64,000 bases of DNA from Candidatus Saccharimonadota bacterium (GCA_029260875.1 JAJDCL010000028.1:1161-65160), one strand, 5' to 3'. Positions 24,884 through 33,903 are shown, counted from the stretch's first letter. The notes: a model not told the origin generated them from the letters alone. Numbers and translations are program-made.

Positions 24884-25516
24884 ATGGCATTTTTTCAGAA
24901 GAAACCTCAGACAAGTGATAGTGTGCCACTTTATACGCTTGGGATGAACAAGACCATCTTAATCGTAGGTCTTGGCAACCCGGGCAAAAAGTACGAACGC
25001 ACGCGGCATAACATAGGCTTTGAATGCCTAGATACCTTTGCCAAAGCACATGATTTTGATCCATGGGTAGAGAAGAAAGACTTAAAAAGTCTAATAACTT
25101 CAAAAACGCTGGGCGATGTACGGGTCATACTTTGCAAACCGACGACCTTTATGAACCTTAGCGGCGAGGCAGTGCAACGTGTCCAGAACTTTTATAAAAT
25201 TCCTGGGGATAATATTGTGGTTGTCCATGACGAACTTGACATACCGTTTGGCCAGATCCGTATGCGCACCGGTGGCAGCAGCGCTGGCCATAACGGCATA
25301 AAGTCGCTAGCTCAACACAACGGAGAACGTTTTGGGAGGATTCGTATAGGTATCGGCGCAGATACAATTATGAGCGGCTCAGCCTTCGTCCTAGCTAAAT
25401 TCAATAAAGACGAAATGGCGCATATATCCAGCATGACTCGTGAAGTAACGAGCATCTTGAACGAATATGTCTACAGCAATAAACTCATGCCCGAAACCCG
25501 CAGTTTTATTCTATAG
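24884..25516 (+). CDS. pth: Peptidyl-tRNA hydrolase
   Basis: It carries LIVGLGNPGKKYERTRHNIGF. The true start may be the internal ATG at 24944 (MNKTILIVGLGNPG). Confidence 0.9.
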   Translation: MAFFQKKPQTSDSVPLYTLGMNKTILIVGLGNPGKKYERTRHNIGFECLDTFAKAHDFDPWVEKKDLKSLITSKTLGDVRVILCKPTTFMNLSGEAVQRVQNFYKIPGDNIVVVHDELDIPFGQIRMRTGGSSAGHNGIKSLAQHNGERFGRIRIGIGADTIMSGSAFVLAKFNKDEMAHISSMTREVTSILNEYVYSNKLMPETRSFIL

Positions 25517-25538
25517 GCTCGGTTTGTGGGGTATAGTT

Positions 25539-25691
25539 TTACCTTGCGGGTTCACTGCTTCCCCTAATTGCTTCTATCTGATTTCTAGTTTTTTCAGCTT
25601 CTGCTTCAGCCTTTTGTAATCTTTCTTCTGCCGCAGCACGCATCTGTGCTGGGTAGTTAGGATCTTGAGCCCTGTTACCAAGTACGCGCAT
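25539..25691 (-). CDS. Small ORF (50 aa, Ala/Glu-rich helical) with a strong Shine-Dalgarno
   Basis: GAAGGAG lies 4 nt before the ATG. The product is MRVLGNRAQDPNYPAQMRAAAEERLQKAEAEAEKTRNQIEAIRGSSEPAR. Below the track's size cut-off. Confidence 0.35.
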   Translation of the reverse strand: MRVLGNRAQDPNYPAQMRAAAEERLQKAEAEAEKTRNQIEAIRGSSEPAR

Positions 25692-25808
25692 TACTCCTTC
25701 AGGCGCCAATACCGCAGGCTTATCGTTTTCTGCAGCTGCATATAGTAGTGTTCATTCTTCTATGAAAATTTAAAATTATATCTCAGTATATAGCATGCTT
25801 CTGTACCC

Positions 25809-26320
25809 AAAAATGAGGCCCCAGATGCTGGGGTGCTTTTAAGGATCGTGCTTGAGTGAAGTGCAAGGAAGTGGTGAGAATCGCAAGGGAGCCGTACACA
25901 AAGTACGGTGACTGCGACCCGGAACCGCTGACGCCGCAATTTACCAAGAGCAGTAGCGGTGCAGTCAGCTCTGCTGAATGGCAGGCTACTGTGGCACGGT
26001 TCTTAAAAGGCCTCCAGAGGGGGTGGGCACCGCTGGAGGCCTATTACACCCTTCAACCCACCTTGAAGTTTTCACTCCACCTGGTGATGCCTGGTCGACC
26101 CTTTAAACTGCAAATAAAACGCAGAGGTGACAGGGGTTAAAGGGGTTAGTCTGTTTTAGAGCGCATTCGGCCAATAATAAATTAAGGACCAGCGCCAAGA
26201 GATTAAGTGGAGGGTAACAACTTATTCACGGCACGCTCTAAAACAATCTAACGTTCCTTCGCAATGCGAAGTGCTAGAATGGATATAAGGTACGGTAAGT
26301 CGGTATAATTCCGCTTACGA
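25809..26320 (-). ncRNA. Candidate unknown structured ncRNA locus (one or two transcripts) in an ORF-free region
   Basis: A consensus promoter points into it at 26327-26355. It holds at least 8 hand-found helices of 6-11 bp. Minus-sense terminator-like hairpins lie at 26004-26042 and 25809-25833. No credible ORF is present. Confidence 0.35.
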
Positions 26321-26326
26321 ATTGCC

Positions 26327-26355
26327 ATTCTAGCAAATATGTTACGTTATGTCAA
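26327..26355 (-). promoter_or_regulatory. Near-consensus sigma-70 promoter on the minus strand (TTGACA-17 nt-TAGAAT, with TGc extended -10)
   Basis: Minus strand reads aagtaTTGACAtaacgtaacatatttgcTAGAATggcaat. The -35 is 26355-26350, the -10 is 26332-26327, and the spacer is exactly 17 nt. Confidence 0.55.
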
Positions 26356-26374
26356 TACTTAAATATAAATATTC

Positions 26375-27235
26375 ATGAAAGTCAAGAAGCTAGTGCTTAG
26401 TGATGGACAGTTTCCAGCCACGCTAAAGAACATACCATACCCACCAAAAGAGTTGTATGTGCTGGGCAATATTGAGGGATTGATGGAGTCACGACGGCTA
26501 GCTGTGGTTGGGAGTAGGCGCGTTTCTCCGTACGGTAGGCAGATTACGACTTGGCTAGTAGAAGAGGCTGCCAAAGCAGGTGTAGTTATTATTAGTGGCT
26601 TGGCGCTTGGAGTAGACGCGCTAGCGCATCAGGCAGCCCTGGCTGTTCACGGTCGGACCATAGCGGTATTGCCGTGCGGGCTGGATAGATTTTACCCCTC
26701 TACAAACGCAGCGCTTGCCAAGAATATTTTAGAGCAGGGAGGGGCAATTATCAGCGAATATAGCCCCGGTACCGATGCACGACGAGAGAATTTTATAGCA
26801 CGTAACCGCCTGGTGTCAGGTCTTAGCGAGGGCGTGCTTATAACTGAAGCGGCTATTAAAAGCGGGACCATCCACACAGCTGGTTTTGCGCTTGAACAGG
26901 GGAGAACCGTCATGGCAGTACCAGGCAATGTTACGAGCCAGTTGAGCGCTGGTACGAATCAACTAATAAAGACAGGTGCGCTTGTTGTAACTGAGCCAGC
27001 CGATATTTTTATGGCACTCAAGATGGATGCAAAAGAACAGAGACAACAGGCGCTAATCGGCGACACTAAGGAGGAGTTTATGATACTTAAATTGCTTGCA
27101 GCGGGCTTATCTGATGGTGGCGAACTACTGCAACGCAGCGGGCTGGACGCCACGACATTTAACCAAGCACTAACTATGTTAGAAATAGCTGGCAAAATCC
27201 GGCCCCTCGGTGCCGGACATTGGGGACTAAGCTAG
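26375..27235 (+). CDS. dprA: DNA-processing protein DprA/Smf
   Basis: 286 aa with VVGSRRVSPYGRQ...ISGLALGVDALAHQAAL and a C-terminal winged-helix-like tail. Confidence 0.9.
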   Translation: MKVKKLVLSDGQFPATLKNIPYPPKELYVLGNIEGLMESRRLAVVGSRRVSPYGRQITTWLVEEAAKAGVVIISGLALGVDALAHQAALAVHGRTIAVLPCGLDRFYPSTNAALAKNILEQGGAIISEYSPGTDARRENFIARNRLVSGLSEGVLITEAAIKSGTIHTAGFALEQGRTVMAVPGNVTSQLSAGTNQLIKTGALVVTEPADIFMALKMDAKEQRQQALIGDTKEEFMILKLLAAGLSDGGELLQRSGLDATTFNQALTMLEIAGKIRPLGAGHWGLS

Positions 27236-27322
27236 TTACAGTAACTAATGTCATTTGCATTTTACAGGCAACACAAGTACTGTTACTTGCTGATACATAT
27301 TTAATAGGTACACTTATAAAGC

Positions 27323-29614
27323 ATGAGCAAAAACCTCGTTATCGTGGAAAGCCCAGCAAAGGGCAAGACCATTGAAAAATACTTAGGCAAAGACTACACC
27401 GTTAAAAGTAGTTTTGGCCATATCAGAGACTTGCCTAAAAAAGGTCTAAATATAGACATTGAAAACGGTTTTGAGCCCAATTATGAGGTCCCGTCAGATA
27501 AGTCCAAGACCATCAGCGAACTAAGAAAAGCCGCCAAAAGCGCCGACACTGTTTGGCTAGCAAGCGATGAAGACCGCGAAGGCGAAGCAATTGCCTGGCA
27601 CTTGTGCCAAGCACTTAAACTAGACGAGAAAAAAGCCAAGCGCATTGTGTTTCATGAAATCACAAAACAAGCCATTGAACACGCCGTCGCCAACCCACGT
27701 ACCGTCAACATGGCGCTAGTAAACGCCCAGCAAGCGCGTCGCATACTAGACCGTCTGGTGGGATATGAGCTATCGCCGGTGCTCTGGAAAAAGGTCAGGC
27801 CCGGCTTAAGTGCTGGCCGAGTACAATCCGTGGCTGTCCGGCTGACAGTTGAGAGAGAAAGGGAGGTCAAAGCCTTTGCCCCCCAGTTGGTCTTTAAAGT
27901 TACGGCTACATTTTTGGCCGACTCAAGTGAATTACCGGCAGAATTAACTACCCGATTTACTGAGGAAGAATCTGCAAAAGACTTTCTTAAGGCATGCCAA
28001 CTTGCAACATTTAGCGTTAAGAGTATTGAGAAAAAACCCGGCACTCGCAGTCCGGGAGCCCCTTTTACGACTTCGTCCTTGCAGCAGGAAGCCGCCCGTA
28101 AACTAGGCTACAGCGTTAAGCAGACCATGACGCTGGCCCAGCGCTTATATGAAAGCGGCCACATCACATATATGCGGACCGACAGTACCACGCTTTCTGG
28201 GTTTGCAATTAAGGCAGCCGAGGAATTTATCAAAAAACAGTATGGTGATAAATACCATCAGGTTCGTCAATATAAGACAAAAAACCAAAGCGCACAAGAA
28301 GCTCATGAGGCTATTAGGCCAACTAGCTTCGCTAAATTGTCAGCGGGGAATGATGCCCAACAGGAAAAACTGTATCAGCTAATATGGCGCAGGACCCTGG
28401 CAAGCCAAATGGCCCCGGCCACAGTAGACAAGACAGAAATTATTATATCTCCGAGTAACCGCAGCGAGACATTTGTGGCAAAGGGAGAGGTCCTAAAGTT
28501 TGATGGGTTTTTCAAAGTTTATGGTGGCACTAAAGATGACGTTATATTGCCCAACATAAAACACGGTCAAGAAATTGCTTTAGGTGAAATGATAGCCACG
28601 CAGACCTTCAGCAAGCCACCAGCACGCTATTCGGAGGCGAGTCTGGTTCGCAAACTTGAAGAGCTGGGGATAGGACGACCAAGCACATACGCGCCGACTA
28701 TTTCTACCATCCAGGCACGGGGCTATGTCGAGAAGCTGGATCTTGAGGGCACCGAGAGGAGTATTAAAAGCCTAAAGCTTAAAACAGGCAAGATTACTGA
28801 GCTACTAGCAACAGAGGTTACTGGTGCTGACCGTGGCAAACTTGTACCGACCGCGCTGGCTGAAGTTACTACTGACTTTCTTGTAAGGCATTTTTCCTCA
28901 ATTGTAGATTATAACTTTACTGCACATGTAGAAGAAGATTTTGACCATATAGCCGAAGGCAAGCAAGAGTGGCAAAAAATGATAAAAGCATTTTACCAAG
29001 ATTTTAAGCCACTTATTCAGCAATCAGAGAGTGTTACCAGGGAAGAGACCAGTCAATCACGGGAGCTAGGCCTGGACCCAAAAACGAGCAAGCTCATTGT
29101 AGTTCGCTTTGGTCGCTACGGACCTATGCTACAGCGAGGAGTGACTGAGTCAGAAGAAAAGCCGGATTTTGCCCCTCTGCCAACCGGCGTAGATATGAAC
29201 GATGTCACATTGGAACAAGCTTTAGAAATGTTTAAGCTCCCGCGAATAGTGGGGAAGACCGATGACGGTGAGGAGATTAAGGCAAACATAGGTCGCTTCG
29301 GGCCATATATTCAAATCGGCAAGCTCTATGTATCTATTAAGCCACACGACCCGATGAAAATTACCGAAGACGAGGCACGAGAATTTTATGCAAAAAAACT
29401 ACAACAAGAAGCAGAGAAGAACATCAGCGAATTTCCCTCTGGCATTAAGGTATTAAACGGCCCGTACGGCCCTTATGTAACTGATGGCAAGAAAAACGCC
29501 CGCATAGCGAAATCGGTTGACCCAAAAAGCTTGACCGAAGAACAAGCCAAGGAAATGCTTGAAAAAGCACCTGACAAGCCTCGTCGTTTCAAAAAGCGCA
29601 AACACAAGAAATAA
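27323..29614 (+). CDS. topA: DNA topoisomerase I
   Basis: 763 aa. The TOPRIM N-terminus is LVIVESPAKGKTIEKYLG...ASDEDREGEAI. The active-site region is ITYMRTDS. The C-terminal tail is basic. Confidence 0.95.
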   Translation: MSKNLVIVESPAKGKTIEKYLGKDYTVKSSFGHIRDLPKKGLNIDIENGFEPNYEVPSDKSKTISELRKAAKSADTVWLASDEDREGEAIAWHLCQALKLDEKKAKRIVFHEITKQAIEHAVANPRTVNMALVNAQQARRILDRLVGYELSPVLWKKVRPGLSAGRVQSVAVRLTVEREREVKAFAPQLVFKVTATFLADSSELPAELTTRFTEEESAKDFLKACQLATFSVKSIEKKPGTRSPGAPFTTSSLQQEAARKLGYSVKQTMTLAQRLYESGHITYMRTDSTTLSGFAIKAAEEFIKKQYGDKYHQVRQYKTKNQSAQEAHEAIRPTSFAKLSAGNDAQQEKLYQLIWRRTLASQMAPATVDKTEIIISPSNRSETFVAKGEVLKFDGFFKVYGGTKDDVILPNIKHGQEIALGEMIATQTFSKPPARYSEASLVRKLEELGIGRPSTYAPTISTIQARGYVEKLDLEGTERSIKSLKLKTGKITELLATEVTGADRGKLVPTALAEVTTDFLVRHFSSIVDYNFTAHVEEDFDHIAEGKQEWQKMIKAFYQDFKPLIQQSESVTREETSQSRELGLDPKTSKLIVVRFGRYGPMLQRGVTESEEKPDFAPLPTGVDMNDVTLEQALEMFKLPRIVGKTDDGEEIKANIGRFGPYIQIGKLYVSIKPHDPMKITEDEAREFYAKKLQQEAEKNISEFPSGIKVLNGPYGPYVTDGKKNARIAKSVDPKSLTEEQAKEMLEKAPDKPRRFKKRKHKK

Positions 29615-29694
29615 GCATCTCATTACGCAAATCAAGCTTTGTGCCCAGTATTTGATACTTTACATGAAGATGATTATGTTACTATGTAATAATA

Positions 29695-30510
29695 ATGTAT
29701 GGTTCGCCACCAAGTCCGGAGACAATAGAGGCCACTGATACTCTTGTCTCTGCAATAAATAGTATCCCAGGGTTACCAATGGGGGACTACTATGGTTTTG
29801 AGTCTGGCTTTTACAATATGGGCGAGCGGGACGTTGGTGCTGCTATTTTTCAACTCGTTACAGCATATGGAAACCCTTGCGATAGTAAGGACCCAGCGTT
29901 CCCTGATTTACAACAAGTAAGACTTGGGCCTAAGGGATTTCTTAGAAGAAGCATGTTTGTGGCTTTTGCCAACACATGGGGGCATGGACAGGAGCATCAA
30001 GCGGATTTAAGAATTACGACCAATCCAATTCACACATTTCTGTCCGGACGGTTAACTCTACGGCTACAGATGGAACCCCAAAAGGTGGCGGACAATTTGA
30101 TTCAGATTACTCGCGACTTCACCCCTGGAGAAGAAGTACTTTTTAGCCACACGTTCGATGCAGTGTCTGCTGAGTGGCGTCTTAGACGCCCTGGATCTAC
30201 GCTGCTCAAGCGATCCGTGGTTTCTCCCAGTAGCATACGTAATGAGGAGTATAGGCAACCAGACCCCCTTTTGCAGCGAGCCGTACAGTTGACAAGCCCT
30301 CGACCGAATACAGTGTTCACAAAAACAGATCAAGGCATCCCAATCCTACCATTCACAGAAACACACAGAAGGCTAAGGTTTTTTGGTATAGTTTTTCGGT
30401 CTGTTGTGATACGGCTAATTGAGGCGACCGGCCAGGAAATAAGAATTGAACCAGATGATACCAAAGAGCCAGGACCCGGTAAACTGCGGTTAGTACGAAG
30501 CACTGATTGA
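29695..30510 (+). CDS. Hypothetical protein (orphan)
   Basis: 271-aa ORF with no recognisable motif. Confidence 0.4.
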   Translation: MYGSPPSPETIEATDTLVSAINSIPGLPMGDYYGFESGFYNMGERDVGAAIFQLVTAYGNPCDSKDPAFPDLQQVRLGPKGFLRRSMFVAFANTWGHGQEHQADLRITTNPIHTFLSGRLTLRLQMEPQKVADNLIQITRDFTPGEEVLFSHTFDAVSAEWRLRRPGSTLLKRSVVSPSSIRNEEYRQPDPLLQRAVQLTSPRPNTVFTKTDQGIPILPFTETHRRLRFFGIVFRSVVIRLIEATGQEIRIEPDDTKEPGPGKLRLVRSTD

Positions 30511-30701
30511 GCTCCCAAATAAGCTATAGGGCTAACGATCGTTATGATGTACTGGCTGGTAGAAATTTTGCTGTTTAAAGAAACAATGTGTTTATCCACA
30601 ATTTGTGATCTGTGCAACTTATTTTATGATGATATTTCTACATGCTAGTGTGTGCAGGGAAGTCCATTTTGTGCTATAGTTAAGTCATAAGAAAAGAGGG
30701 G

Positions 30702-30730
30702 TTGACTTTTAAAAGTTATTGTTTTAGAAT
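30702..30730 (+). promoter_or_regulatory. Near-consensus sigma-70 promoter (TTGACT-17 nt-TAGAAT) for the sigma-r4/HARE-HTH gene
   Basis: TTGACT is at 30702-30707 and TAGAAT at 30725-30730 with a 17-nt spacer, 40 nt upstream of the ATG at 30771. Confidence 0.5.
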
Positions 30731-30770
30731 ATTACTAAACACATGTTAAAGGCAAGGAACTGACCGCATC

Positions 30771-31805
30771 ATGACAGACAATACCAAGAAGCTCAATATT
30801 GAAAAAATCGTTAATGACCTATTAGGTACTATAGATAGGGAACGCGAACGCGAGATTATTTCACGTCGATATGGCCTGTTTGACCGAAAAGAAACCCTAG
30901 AACAAATTGGAGAGCTGTTAGGAATTACTCGAGAACGCGTACGCCAGCTAGAGAAAGCCGTTGTAGCGCGCCTGAAGACCCAGTCCGAACAAGGCCAGCT
31001 CCCACATATCGCAGAGGTACAAGACATTTTTATTGCAAAGATTAAAGATCTTGGTCATGTAGCCAGGGTGTCAGAACTAAGCGCACAACTTACAAACGAC
31101 AACAGCCGTCTGGATCAGTCCCGGATTTCTTTTTTGGCACAGCTTTCTCCTAAGCTCGCTGTCATAGATGAAAACGACCATTTCCATTTAGCCGTTGGCA
31201 TAAAGGACATTCATGACGAGAAAAAAATCAAGGACTTAGTGGGTAGAGTTATAGATGCGCTTAAGAAAATCGGCAAACCCGCGACAATAGACCATGTTGC
31301 CACCGAAGCAGGGAACAGCGATACTCAGCACGCAGAAGCCCTGGCCAGCATTTCTAAGCACCTGGCTACCCTTAACAAGCGCTGGGGGCTTATCAAATGG
31401 CCGATGGTCAACCCGAAAAACATCCGCGACAAGATCTATGTAATTCTGCACGAGGCCGGCCAACACATGCACTTCAATGAGATCGCCGAAGCCATCAAAG
31501 GCTCTGATTTCAAGCGCAAGGACGTCACAACACAGGCCATTCACAACGAACTCATCAAAGACAAGCGATTTGTACTTATTGGCCGTGGTATCTACGCCTT
31601 GAAAGAATGGGGCTACAGTAAGGGCACCGTCGCTGACGTTATCGTTAGCATTCTGAAGAAAAAGGGCGAGCCTATGCACCGCGACGACATCGTCAAAGAG
31701 GTCCTAAAGAGCCGGCAGGTTAAAGAGACCACAATCCTACTGAACCTCCAAGGCAAACCGCAGTTCAAACGCGTCGCCAAAGCCACCTATTCTCTCGCCG
31801 AATAG
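30771..31805 (+). CDS. DNA-binding protein: sigma-70 region-4-like HTH followed by HARE-HTH-like winged-helix repeats
   Basis: The N-terminus is ISRRYGLFDRKETLEQIGELLGITRERVRQLEKAVVARLK. The C-terminus is MHFNEIAEAI...IHNELIKDKRFVLIGRGIYALKEWGY (RNAP delta/HARE-HTH style), followed by a second similar unit. Confidence 0.6.
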   Translation: MTDNTKKLNIEKIVNDLLGTIDREREREIISRRYGLFDRKETLEQIGELLGITRERVRQLEKAVVARLKTQSEQGQLPHIAEVQDIFIAKIKDLGHVARVSELSAQLTNDNSRLDQSRISFLAQLSPKLAVIDENDHFHLAVGIKDIHDEKKIKDLVGRVIDALKKIGKPATIDHVATEAGNSDTQHAEALASISKHLATLNKRWGLIKWPMVNPKNIRDKIYVILHEAGQHMHFNEIAEAIKGSDFKRKDVTTQAIHNELIKDKRFVLIGRGIYALKEWGYSKGTVADVIVSILKKKGEPMHRDDIVKEVLKSRQVKETTILLNLQGKPQFKRVAKATYSLAE

Positions 31806-31819
31806 ATAGGACTATACAA

Positions 31820-32371
31820 GTGCCCACATTGTTAAAGTATTACGATCTAGATCTACCAGTGTACGGCCCCGAAGCAAAGGTCATACTAAGAACTGACAGT
31901 CTCAAGTTAGCGGCAAAACAGGAATCTAGTACTATCGTTCGGCAAACACGTCTATCCGCTTTTGGCGCTCCTTCGCTTAAAGAGGCGCTCCTTATAGCCG
32001 ACCAAGCTTTTGAACGTGTCGCATCAAATTGTGGTGCTATTGTATTGCCACATACGTGGGGCCTGTCTAGAGCTCCAACTGGTATCAATCCTTATATTCT
32101 CACAAGCAGTGATCCGCTGACAGAAGACCTTTTACCCGAAGGATATTTGCTCGTTGCTGAAGTCCCTGTGCTTCAAACTGTTAGCCGACCAAGCTTACAA
32201 CAAATTCGAGAGGCAAGAAGTGCTTCAGAGAGTTATTACGAATCAGCACCGAATGGCGAGCTTTTTTGGGCCGATTCTTCACCCTTTCAATACATAAATG
32301 GTGTCCTTGAGCCTGAAAATGACTTAACTTTATATCTGGCTGATATAGAACCGATCCTGGCTATCAAATAA
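31820..32371 (+). CDS. Hypothetical protein (orphan)
   Basis: 183-aa ORF with a GTG start and no recognisable motif. Confidence 0.4.
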   Translation: MPTLLKYYDLDLPVYGPEAKVILRTDSLKLAAKQESSTIVRQTRLSAFGAPSLKEALLIADQAFERVASNCGAIVLPHTWGLSRAPTGINPYILTSSDPLTEDLLPEGYLLVAEVPVLQTVSRPSLQQIREARSASESYYESAPNGELFWADSSPFQYINGVLEPENDLTLYLADIEPILAIK

Positions 32372-32991
32372 CAAAATATACAAAATACGAACAGAGAATT
32401 TAAGTAAAAATTATCGTTAGGCAAGATTGCTAAAGTGACGGATTTTATATGTAACAAATAGGTCGGGCAGGCAGGTTAATTAGCAAAAAGTAAAATGTGG
32501 AAACTAAGCGCAAAAAACAATGGAGGAGAGCACTATAGAAAGTTATACATGCAATGTCGCACAATGTATATTTTGCGACTCTATACTGAGGTTAATTGAT
32601 GACCACCAATACCCTCATTTGCAGGGGAGTTTTATGGCGGTCTATGTTATAGCCCCTAACTCAATGATTAATACTGTTTTTGCGATCATAGTCTACCGCG
32701 ACCCTCGCTATACAAGAAGCACAAACTTTATGGGGCCCGTCACACGCTAGCGCGGATTTGACTTTTCCACAGGAGTCTGTGAAAACATTTGCTTTTTGCA
32801 ACATTTAATATTAAAGATTGTTTTGCCCTGCCTTGCTAGTATGTAGTAAGTATTTGACTTTCCCCTACTTCTGTATGTTGATATAGTTTTTTTAGTGTCG
32901 CGAGAAAAGAATGTATACACGAACAATTTGCGAACATTGAAGGGGGAGAGTGGCGGAGGTGCAGCCCTTGAGTTTGTAATACGTCTATAAA

Positions 32992-33903
32992 CTACTGGTA
33001 GTACACCTTCTCAACCGTACGCACGTCTACATACACACCTGGCGACACGCCCTCCCTTTCAAGGTGTCGCATAGTAGCGATAAATGAGCCGGCCTGTAAA
33101 CGAGCATCGCCTACAATGTTAAATCGTACGTAGTAGCTCTGGTTTGCCGGCTTAACGCGTAGTTCGTTTGCAATGGGCGGTAGGTTAACGCTTTGAATGG
33201 GTATATTTTGAGCTTGTAATTGCTGAATAACATCGGTTATAAAATTGATATTCTCGGTCGGCAGAACATTATCACCAACCTCAACACCAATACCGCTTTC
33301 ATCTATGATTGTAGGAATTTTAAGGCTGCTTACTCTGCTAGTGTCGCTGGTTTTAAAAAGCGCCCTCCCCCGCTCGTCTAAGACTATGTAGTCCGAACCC
33401 CCGTTTGGCACCAGGGCCAATACCGGCGTTGTGAGCTCAATTTCAAAAATAAGCTTATGCCCTGCAATTGGAGTGATTATAACGACATCTGATAATTCCG
33501 GGAACCGCATTTTAAAATCGCTTGCCAGTTTATTCGTGTCAACGGTAAGCTTGAGACGATTAAAAACAGATTTAGACAGAAGTTCTTGGCCTACTCTTTG
33601 ATATATTCCTGTGCTCTGCATGATTTGTTTCTTTTCCGGAGTTGAAGCAACTATTTCTATGCGTGGGCTTGCCTCCAACAGCAATAAATACCCGGCGCTT
33701 ATCAAAATTGAAATTATAGCAAGATAGATGGGTATCGTCTGCCAGTTTATCGGAAGGGTCATTTTTGATGTTTTCTTGTTCTCATGACGCTCAGCCATCT
33801 CACTGCGTGGCGAACGGCTGGCATAATAGGAAAACACATTTGTTGCATCCGGGTTACTAGCCTGCCTTGACTTTTTTTCACGTCGTTTAAAAATTAACTT
33901 CAT
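32992..33903 (-). CDS. ftsQ: Cell-division protein FtsQ-like (TM + POTRA-like region)
   Basis: 303 aa with one TM (IPIYLAIISILISAGYLLLL). It lies directly after murG with a 4-nt overlap. Confidence 0.7.
   Translation of the reverse strand: MKLIFKRREKKSRQASNPDATNVFSYYASRSPRSEMAERHENKKTSKMTLPINWQTIPIYLAIISILISAGYLLLLEASPRIEIVASTPEKKQIMQSTGIYQRVGQELLSKSVFNRLKLTVDTNKLASDFKMRFPELSDVVIITPIAGHKLIFEIELTTPVLALVPNGGSDYIVLDERGRALFKTSDTSRVSSLKIPTIIDESGIGVEVGDNVLPTENINFITDVIQQLQAQNIPIQSVNLPPIANELRVKPANQSYYVRFNIVGDARLQAGSFIATMRHLEREGVSPGVYVDVRTVEKVYYQ

Noticed and set aside
25832-26083. tmRNA (ssrA). The region starts GGGGTGCTTTTAAGGATCGTGC, like a tmRNA 5' end. CACTCCACC at 26073-26081 could pair with it as an acceptor stem with a G.U at position 3.
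   Set aside because: No GGTTCGA-type T-arm precedes the putative acceptor strand; a plain CTTCAA/TTGAAG hairpin plus TTTT sits there instead. CCA is not completed (CCT). No frame yields a tag peptide ending in hydrophobic or Ala residues. No smpB is nearby. A covariance-model scan would settle it.
26058-26086. SRP RNA helix 8 on the minus strand: ACCAGGTGGAGT-GAAA-ACTTCAAGG, with a GNRA tetraloop.
   Set aside because: The conserved 3'-side AGCA/GCA of the SRP symmetric loop is missing, and the flanking helices do not fit.
25856-26140. 94-aa ORF (GTG start) in the ORF track inside the pth-dprA spacer.
   Set aside because: It has no RBS and odd composition. It is spanned by several strong hairpins and terminator-like structures on both strands. 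More likely it is a chance ORF in a GC-richer structured RNA region.
26153-26244. CRISPR/tracrRNA-like sequence. GTTTTAGAGC is identical to the start of the Streptococcus pyogenes Cas9 repeat, and its exact complement lies 70 nt away.
   Set aside because: It occurs once in each orientation, so it is a stem rather than an array. There are no spacers and no cas genes in the window. I treat it as part of the structured region.
26290-26322. RNase P RNA. GGTAAGTCGG resembles CR-I (GGAAAGUCCGG) and TTCCGCTTAC resembles CR-V (ACCCGGCUUA).
   Set aside because: The two elements are only 7 nt apart and form a simple local hairpin. None of the other conserved RNase P regions was found on either strand.
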